NCBI RefSeq assembly: GCF_029335975.1 | Contig: NZ_JARJMT020000145.1 | Location: 472 to 64,471, forward strand | DNA: 64,000 nt | Reading direction: 5' to 3' | Origin: Tepidimonas sp. | Lineage (GTDB): Bacteria; Pseudomonadota; Gammaproteobacteria; Burkholderiales; Burkholderiaceae_C | In this document: positions 32,074 through 42,100 of the stretch, piece by piece | How the letters are laid out: the number at the start of each line of letters is the position of its first letter | Numbering within the stretch: position 1 is the first letter of the stretch | The notes under the pieces: model-generated | What the model was told of the DNA's origin: nothing | Databases searched by the model: none | The model's input: the letters and a program-made list of their open reading frames with translations, nothing else | Program-made: the position numbers and the translations under genes

Positions 32074-33421
32074 GGTTAATCTCTGAATCGAGCAAGCCCC
32101 TAACACCCTCGATCAAGCCCCCGAAGATGGCATTCACTTCTGCGGCATCGATGACGGCAAGTCGCCCCTGCAATGAACGAAGTCCGGCGAAGCTCCTGTG
32201 CCAATGCACCACCCAAGGAGAATGCGGAGCGCCTTCGTCCGCCTCGTCGAAATTCCATCCCTCCACGATTTCCCAGACTCGCCACATCTCACGCTCTCCT
32301 TCCTTCTTCCGTTCAATGGAATCAGGAGGTGGAGGTGCAATTTCGTCATACAGCGAATCAGCAAAAACTTGGTACGCGCCCTCGCGAAGCCCCTTGAGAT
32401 AGTCGATCCGATCAACCTCTGGAACCAGGGCCGCCACGCTTTTGAGGCGTTCACGAATCTGTCGCGCTACCCCAGCACGCCGCCAGTGCTCGAACAGGAT
32501 GCGGTAGCCGTTCCAGGTCTGGCAGCCTTCCAAGGTGAACAGCAGCACCAGGTTTGCGCCCAGATCGGTGACGCAGGCGGACGCCACCTCGTCGATACCC
32601 GCACGCGAATCGATCAACACCACATCGGGACGAATACGCCCCTCCAGCGCCTGCAATAGTCGATGCAATCGGCTGGACCATGACTGTCGTGTCCCGTCCG
32701 CTTGAATCTTGGGCATCCACACCCGCCCCAACTTGGCCACATATTCACCGGGATCGGCGCCATGCGCCGGCGCCACATAGATTTCGCCATCATAGGCGAG
32801 GTCACTGGTGGCGATCATGCTTTCAAACACCGTATCGGCGTTTTCCACCAGATCCTCCACCAGCCAGTCGGTTATGCCGTACTTGGGCTGCCGTTCGGGT
32901 GGCAACAGGCTGGAAGACAGGCCGGGGGATTCCAAATCTAGGTCCAGCACCAGCACACGCTTGCCCGCTTGTGCCAGCCGCCACGCGCAGGCGGCCAGCG
33001 CCGTGGAACGACCGACGCCACCTTTGATCGAAAAAAACACGATGCGACGCGGTCCTTGGGTTTCTGGAGCAATTTCCGCCCAGTTGCCTTCGGTCGCCAG
33101 GCGGTCGATCAGCCAGACATTGGTGAAATCTTCCAGCCGAAAACCCGTGGCGCCAGAGCAAGCAGCCTCGCGGCTCACTTCGAACAATAGGCCGGATTCG
33201 GGCGGATACGCATGCGGAGCAATGCGCTCGGCAAGCTCCCGATAAATCCTCTCGACCTGCCGCCGCGGCTCTTCCTGGCGCTCGACGGGTTCAGGCGCGA
33301 TGAAGCGCGCACGCCCGTTGAGGTCGCGATTGACGACGAGCCAATCGATCTGCTCAAGCGCATCACGGTGTGCGTTCAACACCCCCACCGTTGCGGTGAG
33401 AATTTCATCGAACGTCGTCAT
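32066..33421 (-). CDS. ParA/MinD-like ATPase with KGGVGR variant Walker A
   Basis: FFSIKGGVGRST, VLVLDLDLESPG, VVLIDSRAG; ~120-aa N-terminal extension; ATGA overlap with the HEPN-like gene. Confidence 0.85.
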   Translation of the reverse strand: MTTFDEILTATVGVLNAHRDALEQIDWLVVNRDLNGRARFIAPEPVERQEEPRRQVERIYRELAERIAPHAYPPESGLLFEVSREAACSGATGFRLEDFTNVWLIDRLATEGNWAEIAPETQGPRRIVFFSIKGGVGRSTALAACAWRLAQAGKRVLVLDLDLESPGLSSSLLPPERQPKYGITDWLVEDLVENADTVFESMIATSDLAYDGEIYVAPAHGADPGEYVAKLGRVWMPKIQADGTRQSWSSRLHRLLQALEGRIRPDVVLIDSRAGIDEVASACVTDLGANLVLLFTLEGCQTWNGYRILFEHWRRAGVARQIRERLKSVAALVPEVDRIDYLKGLREGAYQVFADSLYDEIAPPPPDSIERKKEGEREMWRVWEIVEGWNFDEADEGAPHSPWVVHWHRSFAGLRSLQGRLAVIDAAEVNAIFGGLIEGVRGLLDSEINHD

Positions 33422-33834
33422 AGCAATCCGTCCTTTTGCGCCTTTTTGATCAGTGCGCGGACAACGCTTGCGCCAGACTGGTGCGCCTGCGTGCGCGCCT
33501 GATCAAAGTTGGACTGATGGGCATAGCGCTGCGCCACGTCCCAGTCACTGAAGGGATTGGGCGTTGACAGTGCATACGCCGCGCCTTGATGATGACCGCA
33601 GCGATAGCTTTCATAGCGGTCCCAGATTTTGTTGGCATGCACTTGGTCTCGGCCCTCGGCTGGGCGGTCGCGTGTCGAGTCATACGGCATACCGAAGGCC
33701 AGCATCAGTCGCTTCAAACCGCACTCGGCCGCCACACCATACAGATGATCGGCATTTGCCCAGCGTCCTGTCTGGAACAAGCCCTCCGCATCGGTCCAAT
33801 GCCGCTCATGCGCATCCAGGAAATCTGCTTGCAT
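33418..33834 (-). CDS. Small HEPN-like protein (138 aa)
   Basis: A..L....R...A.HLYGVAAECGLK helix, conserved-looking H (QVH), W...RY (WDVAQRY); GAGGA SD before ATG 33834. Confidence 0.6.
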   Translation of the reverse strand: MQADFLDAHERHWTDAEGLFQTGRWANADHLYGVAAECGLKRLMLAFGMPYDSTRDRPAEGRDQVHANKIWDRYESYRCGHHQGAAYALSTPNPFSDWDVAQRYAHQSNFDQARTQAHQSGASVVRALIKKAQKDGLL

Positions 33835-33844
33835 GTCGTCTTCC

Positions 33845-36802
33845 TCAATCCCCAAAGCGCAGGTTCTTCAAGCGCGCGCCCAGCACCTCGGCGGCGCTGC
33901 GCACGTTTGGTTCCATCGACTTGCGCTCGATGAAGGCCAGCACGTCCACCAGCAGCGGGCGCGTTTCGAGAAAGTCCGCCATCTCGTTCTTGATCTGCTC
34001 GACGATGATTTGCGGCTCGGTGTCCTTGAGCATCTGCTGCAAGGCGATGATGAGACGGCCCAGCCGGGTTGGGCCGAGTTCGGTTGCGTCGGTCAGGTCG
34101 CGCGAGGCGAACTCAGTCACGCGCTTGAGCCGCGCGTGATTGGGGCGCATATCGCCCATCACGCGGCTGTAGTCCTCTACACGGAAGGCTTTGGCAAAGT
34201 TCTGATAGTTGTCGAGCTTCTGCGCGCCGGTCGTCTCCATGTCCAGCATGCGGCAATAGAAGCGCTCGATGCCGGTGAGCTTGGCCCAGGTGTCCGGGGC
34301 AAGGCCTTCGGGTACCAAGAGGCTGGATGCCGTTTCTGCCGCCTGTTGGACGATTTCATCGACGACGGTCACTTCCCCGCGGGCACGCGGGCGCAGAGCA
34401 AAAGTCGTCACGTCCTCGCCACCGATGTGGGTGTAGGCGGTCAGCACCTTGAGCGCCGCTGCATAGCCCGCCATTTGCAGGTCGGCATCGCTCCACACCG
34501 GCTCGCCGTGATGCGCCTTCATCGTGTCGTTCAAGTGCATCATGGTCTCGATTTGACGCTGAACCTCCTGTCGCACGGCGGGCAGGAGGCGCTGTTTGAA
34601 GCCCGTGCGCTCGCCTGCGGGGCGCTTCTTCAGCATCAGGATGACGGTGCCCTGCACATAGCCCCCCTTCTTGAGCTCGGAGGTCGTCTCGGTGGCGATG
34701 TACCAGGCGGCCACGACTTGCAGGCCCGCCGCCCAGAAGATGCCGATCAGGTCGCTCCACACCCCGGTATCCTGGTGCGTGAACATCACGCACTGCAGGC
34801 CGTTGTCGGGCATGTGCTCGCGCATCGCGGTATAGGCCGCCACCATGCCGCGGCGGAAGTCCTCGCCCGTGCCTTTGATGGCCAGCGCCCGGCGCGAATC
34901 CCACACCCATGCATCGAACGGCTTGGGCGGATTTTTGCGCAGCCAAGCGATAAAGAACTCGGTGATCTCGTGGTAGTTGACCGCGTCGGCGTAAGGGGGA
35001 TCGGTGATCCAGAGCTCGCAGTCCTGGGCGGGACGATCAGCAGTCGCCGAGACGATGGATCGCTCTACGTCGGGCAGCGGCGCTTCTGCCATCTTGAACG
35101 ACGAGGCGCCGAACCCGAGCCAGGCCCGTGTGGCGTAGTTGTAGAAGGTGTTGAGGGCTTGATTCGAGAACACGCCCTTGGGGCCGCCCAACCCGCCGCC
35201 CTGCGCGGTTGCCCACCGGCACAGCTTCGAGTTGAAATCCGCTGCCTTGGCCACGTTCAGCCAGCCAAGAGGCGCCGCATTCGAGGCCCGCCAATGCTTC
35301 TGCATCAAGGCCTGCAGCAGCAGTTGCCGTGCATTGTAGAGATGGTGCCAATGCGTCCAGCCGCGCTCGCGGAATAAACGCGTGGTCTCGTCCCCCGGCT
35401 CGATGGCCATGTCGGGTGCCAATCCCTCTTCCTGCCAGCGGGCGAGGTTCTCGGCAACGAGGGCTTCCACCTTGCGCTCGCGATCGAGGTCCGCTTCCGT
35501 GGGGGCGGCAAAGAAGGTCTCCTGACGGGGGGCGTCGATCGTTTCCTTCTTGATCCATTGGATGCAGTAGAGTCGCTCCTGGAAGATGTCGTCCGGCCGC
35601 GGCTGGAATTCGCTCTTCTCCCAGCGGCGCAGCCGGTTGCCTGTTGAGCCATTCGCCAGCCGGTAGTCGCCACGCAAGGTCTTGATGGGCGTGCGGTAGG
35701 TCTTGCCATCGAGCTCGTAGACCATATCGCCATCCTGCACCGTGCCAGTTTCGGCTGCTGCAATCGCCTTCGCCGAGGCACCGGTAACGATCTCGATGTC
35801 AAAGCGCTTCAGGGCAGGGTCCGGCACCAGCTTGGCGATGGCGCCTTGCTTGGGCGAGATCACCCAGCTGGGGGCGAGCGGCACCCTCCAGCCGGTTTCC
35901 GGGCAGCGCGCCTCCAGGCAGTAGAGGTAGGCCTTGGCGCGGTTGCCTTGTTCGTCATGCTCGATGCCAAGTCGCGTGATCTCGGCATCCACCTCGGCAA
36001 ACACCCGTTGCTGCGCGGACTCCAGGGCGGCGCGCCGGTCGGTCGGGGCACCGATGACATTGAGCGCCCCCCAGGTGAGCATGCAGGCGATGGGGTTGAG
36101 ATCGGAGGCATAGGCATCGCACCCGATGCGTGCTGCCTCGAAGGGGATGGAGCCGCCACCGCAGAACGTGTCGCCCACGCGCGGGCGATGGCCATAGCGC
36201 AGGATGCCGAGCTGCTCGATCAACTCCGGGAACGAATGGGCATCGATGCCCAAATGCGCGTAGTGGCGGTTGACCTTGGGCCATACTGGTGCGTAGAGCC
36301 AATCTGGATCGACCTCTTCAGGGCGTTTGCACAGGCTCGCCTTGGCCTCGTAACTGGGAAGCCGCGCCAGGGCGCGCCGATACAGCGCCAGCTTGTCGTC
36401 GTCGGTGGCGTCGCGCCGCCAGCCGCGCGCGCTGAAGTAGCGCTCTGGGTTGGATAGCGCAAGCATCTCCGTAAGCCTAGCCGCCGAGAAGGCGTTGGCG
36501 GCGAGCGCCCGGCGGGCCAGGCCCTCATCGTCGAAAGCCATCAGCGCCTCGAACACCGCCAGATCGGCCTCGGGGTCGTGGGTAGGCGGCAAAAGGCTAC
36601 CCAGCACGATGGCGCGTACCAGGATCAAGGGTTTCCTGCCCTTCCAGTAAGAGCCAAGCCCAGTCAAGGTCTGCGCCGCAACCGCCTTCCGTTCACTCTG
36701 CGCCTCGAAGGAAACCTTTTGCGCGGGGAAAACCGTCTCGATCAACGCCGGTGCATCTTTCAGCGCCAGCGGGGCGAGGGTTGTTCTTGTTTGTGCAAGC
36801 AT
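33845..36802 (-). CDS. DUF1156-type amino-DNA methyltransferase (probable N6-adenine)
   Basis: LTGLGSYWKGRKPL N-terminus, motif I DTFCGGGSIPFEA, motif IV TDPPY; 985 aa. Confidence 0.88.
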   Translation of the reverse strand: MLAQTRTTLAPLALKDAPALIETVFPAQKVSFEAQSERKAVAAQTLTGLGSYWKGRKPLILVRAIVLGSLLPPTHDPEADLAVFEALMAFDDEGLARRALAANAFSAARLTEMLALSNPERYFSARGWRRDATDDDKLALYRRALARLPSYEAKASLCKRPEEVDPDWLYAPVWPKVNRHYAHLGIDAHSFPELIEQLGILRYGHRPRVGDTFCGGGSIPFEAARIGCDAYASDLNPIACMLTWGALNVIGAPTDRRAALESAQQRVFAEVDAEITRLGIEHDEQGNRAKAYLYCLEARCPETGWRVPLAPSWVISPKQGAIAKLVPDPALKRFDIEIVTGASAKAIAAAETGTVQDGDMVYELDGKTYRTPIKTLRGDYRLANGSTGNRLRRWEKSEFQPRPDDIFQERLYCIQWIKKETIDAPRQETFFAAPTEADLDRERKVEALVAENLARWQEEGLAPDMAIEPGDETTRLFRERGWTHWHHLYNARQLLLQALMQKHWRASNAAPLGWLNVAKAADFNSKLCRWATAQGGGLGGPKGVFSNQALNTFYNYATRAWLGFGASSFKMAEAPLPDVERSIVSATADRPAQDCELWITDPPYADAVNYHEITEFFIAWLRKNPPKPFDAWVWDSRRALAIKGTGEDFRRGMVAAYTAMREHMPDNGLQCVMFTHQDTGVWSDLIGIFWAAGLQVVAAWYIATETTSELKKGGYVQGTVILMLKKRPAGERTGFKQRLLPAVRQEVQRQIETMMHLNDTMKAHHGEPVWSDADLQMAGYAAALKVLTAYTHIGGEDVTTFALRPRARGEVTVVDEIVQQAAETASSLLVPEGLAPDTWAKLTGIERFYCRMLDMETTGAQKLDNYQNFAKAFRVEDYSRVMGDMRPNHARLKRVTEFASRDLTDATELGPTRLGRLIIALQQMLKDTEPQIIVEQIKNEMADFLETRPLLVDVLAFIERKSMEPNVRSAAEVLGARLKNLRFGD

Positions 36803-36815
36803 GGCAAGGTGATCT

Positions 36816-37865
36816 TCAAGCGGTCACTGCCTGCACCCAGCCTTGGGCGGCCAATCTGTCGGCGGCGATGGCGATCTGCCGGAGCGTGAACTGGCGCTTG
36901 CGCGGGTTCCAGGCGTGAATGCGCTTGGCTACCTCGTCGAGCTGACTCACCCCCTCGCGCGACAAGACCCAATGCACGGTCGAGAGCAACTCAAGACCGT
37001 ATGGTGACTCGAAGCCTTCGACGAGACGGGTGACGCGCTCGAGGCGTTCGCGGCTGTCGGCATGTTGGTCGAGGAAGGCGGACGCCTCCTGGATGGCGCC
37101 GGGAACCAGCGTCAGAGGCTTGTCCGGCGCATCGCCGCCGTCGGCGTAACCGGCGATCAGGTGCCCCTCGACCGTGCGCAGCACGTGGCGCAGGTTTTCC
37201 GCGTAAGGGCCATAGGGTGCCTTGACGTACTTCAGGCGCAGCGGCTCCCCAGCCTCCTGCATGAAGTACATCAGCTTGTGGATCTCCAGCAAGGTCACGA
37301 AGGGGTCGAGCAAGCCGCTGAGATAACGGTGGATCAATTCAACCAAGGCCGCACGACCGGCAGTCATGGTTGGCACTTCACGCACATGGGCCATCTTGTC
37401 AGGGGTGGGCGCACCAAAGGGCTCGAACACGAGCACGTACACGTCCTCCAGTTGCTCCAGCGCTCGCTCGATGCGTGGGCGTACGTCGTTCCACTCCAAG
37501 CCTCCCAGGCCGCTGCCCAGCGGTGGGATGGCGATGGACCGGATGCCCTTCTCGCGAATGACCCGGGCCAGATCGACCAAGCCTGCTTCGATGTCCTCGA
37601 TGCGGCTCTTACCGCGCCAATGGCGCTTGGTTGGGAAGTTGATGATGAAGCGCGGCGGCGTGAGCTGCCCCGTCTCGAAGACAAACATGCGGCCGGGTTG
37701 CACGGCCTCGCGCTTGCAGGCAGCCTCGTAAGCCTTGAAATTCTCAGGGAATGCGTTCTTGAACTGCAAGGCGATCCCGCGCCCCATCACGCCGACGCAG
37801 TTGACGGTGTTGACCAGCGCGTCCGCTTCACACTTGAGGATGTCGCCCGAGGTAAACTCGATCAT
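36816..37865 (-). CDS. darG: DarG antitoxin: macrodomain ADP-ribosyl glycohydrolase plus C-terminal domain
   Basis: GDIL...ADALVNTVNCVGVMGRGIALQFK, IINFPTKRHWR, SIAIPPLGSGLGGLEW; directly downstream of darT. Confidence 0.9.
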   Translation of the reverse strand: MIEFTSGDILKCEADALVNTVNCVGVMGRGIALQFKNAFPENFKAYEAACKREAVQPGRMFVFETGQLTPPRFIINFPTKRHWRGKSRIEDIEAGLVDLARVIREKGIRSIAIPPLGSGLGGLEWNDVRPRIERALEQLEDVYVLVFEPFGAPTPDKMAHVREVPTMTAGRAALVELIHRYLSGLLDPFVTLLEIHKLMYFMQEAGEPLRLKYVKAPYGPYAENLRHVLRTVEGHLIAGYADGGDAPDKPLTLVPGAIQEASAFLDQHADSRERLERVTRLVEGFESPYGLELLSTVHWVLSREGVSQLDEVAKRIHAWNPRKRQFTLRQIAIAADRLAAQGWVQAVTA

Positions 37866-37885
37866 GGCTGTGCCCCTCTCATTTC

Positions 37886-38536
37886 TCAGTAATACCAATC
37901 CGGGCGGATTTCGACCGTAGGTCGGTGTCCGTTTACCGGAAGGGCGTTCACAACCTGCTGGTAGATCGTGCGATTGAGTACGCCAACGCGCTGGATCAGG
38001 TGCCAGGGAAAGCTGTGCTCCAGCAGAAACTCGGCTTGCTTGCCTTCCTTGCACTGCCGCCAATCTCGCGCTTGAACAGCCACCCAGTCGATTTCGTCGA
38101 GGCGTGCCAAATCGCAACGGTCCTCGAAGAAGTACGAACCAGCGTTCGAGAGGGTGAAGGCCCACCGCCTCTGTTGGGCTTGTGCCCAAGCAACGGTGGC
38201 ATGCAGATCGGCTTCGAAATGCAGGATCGGGGCCTGTCCACCGCGGTAGCCAAGCTCCGGATGATTGCCCTGGTGGATCAGGTACAACATCACCGAGCGC
38301 GGGCAGAAGTAGAACGGCACGCAGTCGCCCACGTGCAGGTCGGGATGGCTGCTGAGGCGCAGTTCGTTCAAGCGCCGCTGCTTGATGCCATTCATGCCAA
38401 TGATAGTGCCCGGCGGCATGCGTCGCACGATCTCCGCATCGCACCAAAGAAAACCGTCCGCCACGATGGAGGGTAGACGATCTACGTGGGCAATGTGGTA
38501 GATCTTTGGCTGCGGGGGTACGAGGCCGTTGGTCAT
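37886..38536 (-). CDS. darT: DarT DNA ADP-ribosyltransferase toxin (DUF4433)
   Basis: IYHIAHVDRLPSI, CVPFYFCPRSVMLY, FTLSNA, KQAEFLL (catalytic Glu); ATG overlaps the DUF3780 stop. Confidence 0.9.
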   Translation of the reverse strand: MTNGLVPPQPKIYHIAHVDRLPSIVADGFLWCDAEIVRRMPPGTIIGMNGIKQRRLNELRLSSHPDLHVGDCVPFYFCPRSVMLYLIHQGNHPELGYRGGQAPILHFEADLHATVAWAQAQQRRWAFTLSNAGSYFFEDRCDLARLDEIDWVAVQARDWRQCKEGKQAEFLLEHSFPWHLIQRVGVLNRTIYQQVVNALPVNGHRPTVEIRPDWYY

Positions 38537-39168
38537 GCCGTGTCGTCCCCGAACAGATCCAGCGATGGCCGGGTGTCGTCGCGGTCGTTTTGGCTGCGGC
38601 GGCCGCGGGTGCACAGCAACTCGCTCTGCGCGACATCACCCAAGGCATGCTGAAGCGCGATGCGCCACCCCTTGCCGGCGTCCATGACGCCGCCTGTCGC
38701 CATGGCGGTCATGCCAAACAGCCACCAGCGCTCCTCGGGCCGAAGCGCCAGCCAGTTCCTTACGGCGACGGGGATCTTGGATGCCTCCAGCTGCTCGACG
38801 GCCCAGGCCAGGACGCAGAGTTCCTTGCCGAGCAGGCGATCCACAGGGTTCTCGCCGATCTTCCATGCACTGGGCTTCAGCGCATGCGCGGTGAGGCGTG
38901 CGTTGAAGGCCCGCTGCACCTCAGCACGGATGGCCGTCCAGCGCGGCCGGTCGAGCAAGACGCGGTCGATCACCGCGGTATCGCTTGATGCCGATTGCAG
39001 GCCGAGGTACTCGCTGATCTGAACCTTGCCCGTGCTGCTCTTGGGGATGAGCACCTTGAAGTGATGCGGGTCTGAGGTCGCGGGCACCCCGAAGCCCAGC
39101 GTATGCTGGACATGCGCACGCCCTGCTAGCGTCCGGGTTGCGCGGCGCAAGGCTTGCGTCATGGTCAT
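38533..39168 (-). CDS. DUF3780-like protein of the RL defence system
   Basis: GFG...HHF.V.IP, VDRLLGKELCVLAWAVE, NWLALRPEERWWLF; coupled to the DUF499 gene. Confidence 0.82.
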   Translation of the reverse strand: MTMTQALRRATRTLAGRAHVQHTLGFGVPATSDPHHFKVLIPKSSTGKVQISEYLGLQSASSDTAVIDRVLLDRPRWTAIRAEVQRAFNARLTAHALKPSAWKIGENPVDRLLGKELCVLAWAVEQLEASKIPVAVRNWLALRPEERWWLFGMTAMATGGVMDAGKGWRIALQHALGDVAQSELLCTRGRRSQNDRDDTRPSLDLFGDDTA

Positions 39169-42100
39169 TCCTCCTGGCTCACGTCGCCCGGCTTGAGCTC
39201 GACACCAGCAATCTTCGCGAACTCCTTGAGCGCAAAGCCCGTGTCGAACTGAATGCCTTCAGCGATGGCGATGTTAACCATGGCTTCGGGCTCACCCAGA
39301 ACGTCGCGAAGGCTGTTGACGACGCCTTCGATCATGGCGGCCGTGACCTCGCGCTCTTGGAAGCGCACGGTCACGGTGTTTTCGCCCTCGCCGATCTCGA
39401 TGCGAACGCCCTTGAAACGAGTGCCCGGCTGATCGCGGAAGCGATTGATGACCCCGAACACACGGTCGGTAGTGTCCAGAGACACGCGCTTGCTCTGCAG
39501 GCGGGCCGGCTTGGCATCGACGATCTGGACCGTCTTATCGCCGCTGGCCTGGATCTGGAAGTCGGCCGTCTTGTTGGCTTCGCCTGCTCGTGCAAACACC
39601 AGCAGGCGAAAGCTGCCTACGCCGATTTCGAAGGGGCCGTCGTACCGCGTACCGTCCTTAGGGTTGGACCCGTCCAAGGTGTAGTAGAGCTCTGCCCGCG
39701 GGGTGGCCTCCAGGCGCACACGGCGCTTATCGGCAGCCGGTTCGACTTGGTGACGGATCTTCAGATCGGCCAGCCAGCGCACGGGCGGGGCGCTTTCGTG
39801 CTGCCCGGTGGTGTCCTTCACCCAGAAGTAGAGTGTTCCTTGCGTCGTCGTGAAGTTGTCGAGGTCATCGACCTTCTGGTCCTTGTCCGTAACCTCGGGC
39901 TTGGTCGACCAATAGACCACTGGGCTGTCACCCGCATGGCGGGGCGTCAGACTCAACACCGTCTCTCCCGAGTCGGCCTTGATGTTGACGACGGACACGT
40001 TGACAGTGGCCTTGTCCTTGGGGAAGGGGCCCTTCTCGATGTAGCCGTCTTCACCCAGACGCCAGCGTCCTTGCTTCAACGCCTCCGTCTTGAGGGTATC
40101 CAGACCGCTCGCGCCCGGCATCCAGGGCCAGATGGGCGAGCACTTGGCGCGCATGACGACGTCCTTCCAGGGCGTGCGGCGGTTGTCCTTGCCCGATGGC
40201 CAGAGGTACTCTTCGGCCATCGCAAAGTACTCGTCCAGGTTGCCCTTGGTGAGTTCCCGTACGAGCTTGTAATCCGCCCTGGGGCTTGCGAGCAGACTCT
40301 CGATCTGCGCTTCGGCGGATTGATCTCCTTGGCCGATCTTCAGTCCTTGGTCGATGGTGACGCCGGCCAGGACGTCGCGACCATCGACCGGGTCGTTCAC
40401 TGGGAAATAGAGGCGGTTATAGGCCGCCGACAGGGCCTTGCCGAAGCGGTCTTCCGCTTCTTCCAGTCGGTCGCGTGCTTCTTCGAACAGCGTGTCACCA
40501 GGGCGAAGCCGCTTGTGGATCTGCTCGATGGCGTAGAGCTCACGCAAACGCTCCTCGACAGCGTCCGCCAACAGGCTATCCTGACCCGTGAGCACCAGCA
40601 GGTTGTTTTTCTCCTGCTGATAGTCAAAGAAGTTCTGGAGTTCGCTCGGCGGAACCTTGCCATCGGGCTTGATGACGATGAGCGTCCGCGGGCCGGAGAG
40701 CTTCAATTCGTCGAGCTTGGGCAGGACCTGAACATCCTGGTATGCAATCTTGCGGACCGGTTCAAGGATGCCGGTGAGCCGATTGATCAGCGCCTGATCG
40801 ACCTTGGGCTGAGGAACCTCCTTCGCGTTGCGCTCGATCTGGCGCGAGAGGTTTTCGGTTTCCTTGATGAAGAAGCGTCGCTCCTCGCGGTGCAGGTACC
40901 AGGCGGCCTCCCGCAGCCGCTGCATCGCCTGAAGGAACTCGTCTGGCTTGCGCTGCGGTGCGGCCAGGAACTCGATGAGTTCGCTCTCGGAAAGGCCGAT
41001 CCGCCCCCCGACCGCGCGGGACAGGCTAGAGGCCAGCAGCAGGGTCATCACCTGTCGCGCGGCATCAGAACCCAGCTCGTCGTCGATGTGTTCGGCAATT
41101 GCGTTACCGTTGTCGGCGATGTCCCGCGTGACGGCTGGCATCAGCTTCGGCGCGATGCGTTCGATCTCGTCTTTGACTTGGTCATCGTTGAGGTTGAGAT
41201 GCTGCGTGCCGATCAGGAAGACATCATCCGTATCGCGCTCCTCGACGCTCTTGAGGAGTCGGGCGGTAAATTGCATCAGGCCGCGGGTTTGGCGGAACCC
41301 TTCGTTTTCCTTGAACAGCGCGACAAGGTGCTTGAACGAGGGGTGGAAGGGGTAGGTCTCGCGCACCTGCTCGGCAATCTGCTCGATGCTGCTGGCAACG
41401 ATGTAGCCGCCGTCTTCGGCCTTCTTGATCTGCTGGGCGTATTCTTCGGCCACATCCGAAATGACGCGCTCGTCGGGCAGCTCGTCGATGAGCCGCTTCT
41501 TCAGGATCTCGTAGATCTCGTTGCCGGCCAGTTGCACCGGTGTGATGGTCATGGCTTGGCGGCGCGTCTCCTGCTGAAGATTGGAGATTGCGTCGGAAAG
41601 GGCCTTCGTCTGCGCCTTGTAACTACCCGCAAGGTTCGCAACGACAATGGCGCAGTTGGGCAACTCCAGCGCCGCGCTCATCAGGCTAGAGAGGCTGTAG
41701 ACCACCATATTGGCCAGTGTGCCCTGACCAAACACCTGTGTGCTGGCGTTGTCGAGATAGGGTGGCAGCTCATCCAGCAGGATCAACGTCGGCTCACTGC
41801 CTATGATTTCCTTCCACTTGCGTTGATCGACGGCCTTGGGGCCGTTGGCCCAGTAGGGCTTGATGGCATCCTCGGCGCCAAGCTGGCTTGCGATCTCACC
41901 CCAGATGTAGTTATCCGGGTTGTTGCGACCGTTGAAGGCAGCGATGCGTGCCGTGTCAAAGTCCACACGGGCAGCGAGATCAGGGGGGAGGACATCGGAA
42001 CGCAGGTGCGGGTGACGCGCTAGCAGGCCGAGCGCGATCATCATGTGCGTTTTACCGCCACCCATGGCCTGGGTGAGCTCGAAGACCGCCTGATCTGACT

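Noticed and set aside
33418-33855. Reading the small island ORF as a SAM-dependent methyltransferase, or starting it at TTG 33855
   Set aside because: No glycine-rich SAM-binding motif; the TTG overlaps the methylase 3' end, whereas ATG 33834 has a good SD.
36816-38648. 610-aa ORF suggesting a DarT-DarG fusion or long DarG N-terminus
   Set aside because: The upstream 261 codons are an alternate frame over darT; darG has its own SD and ATG at 37865.
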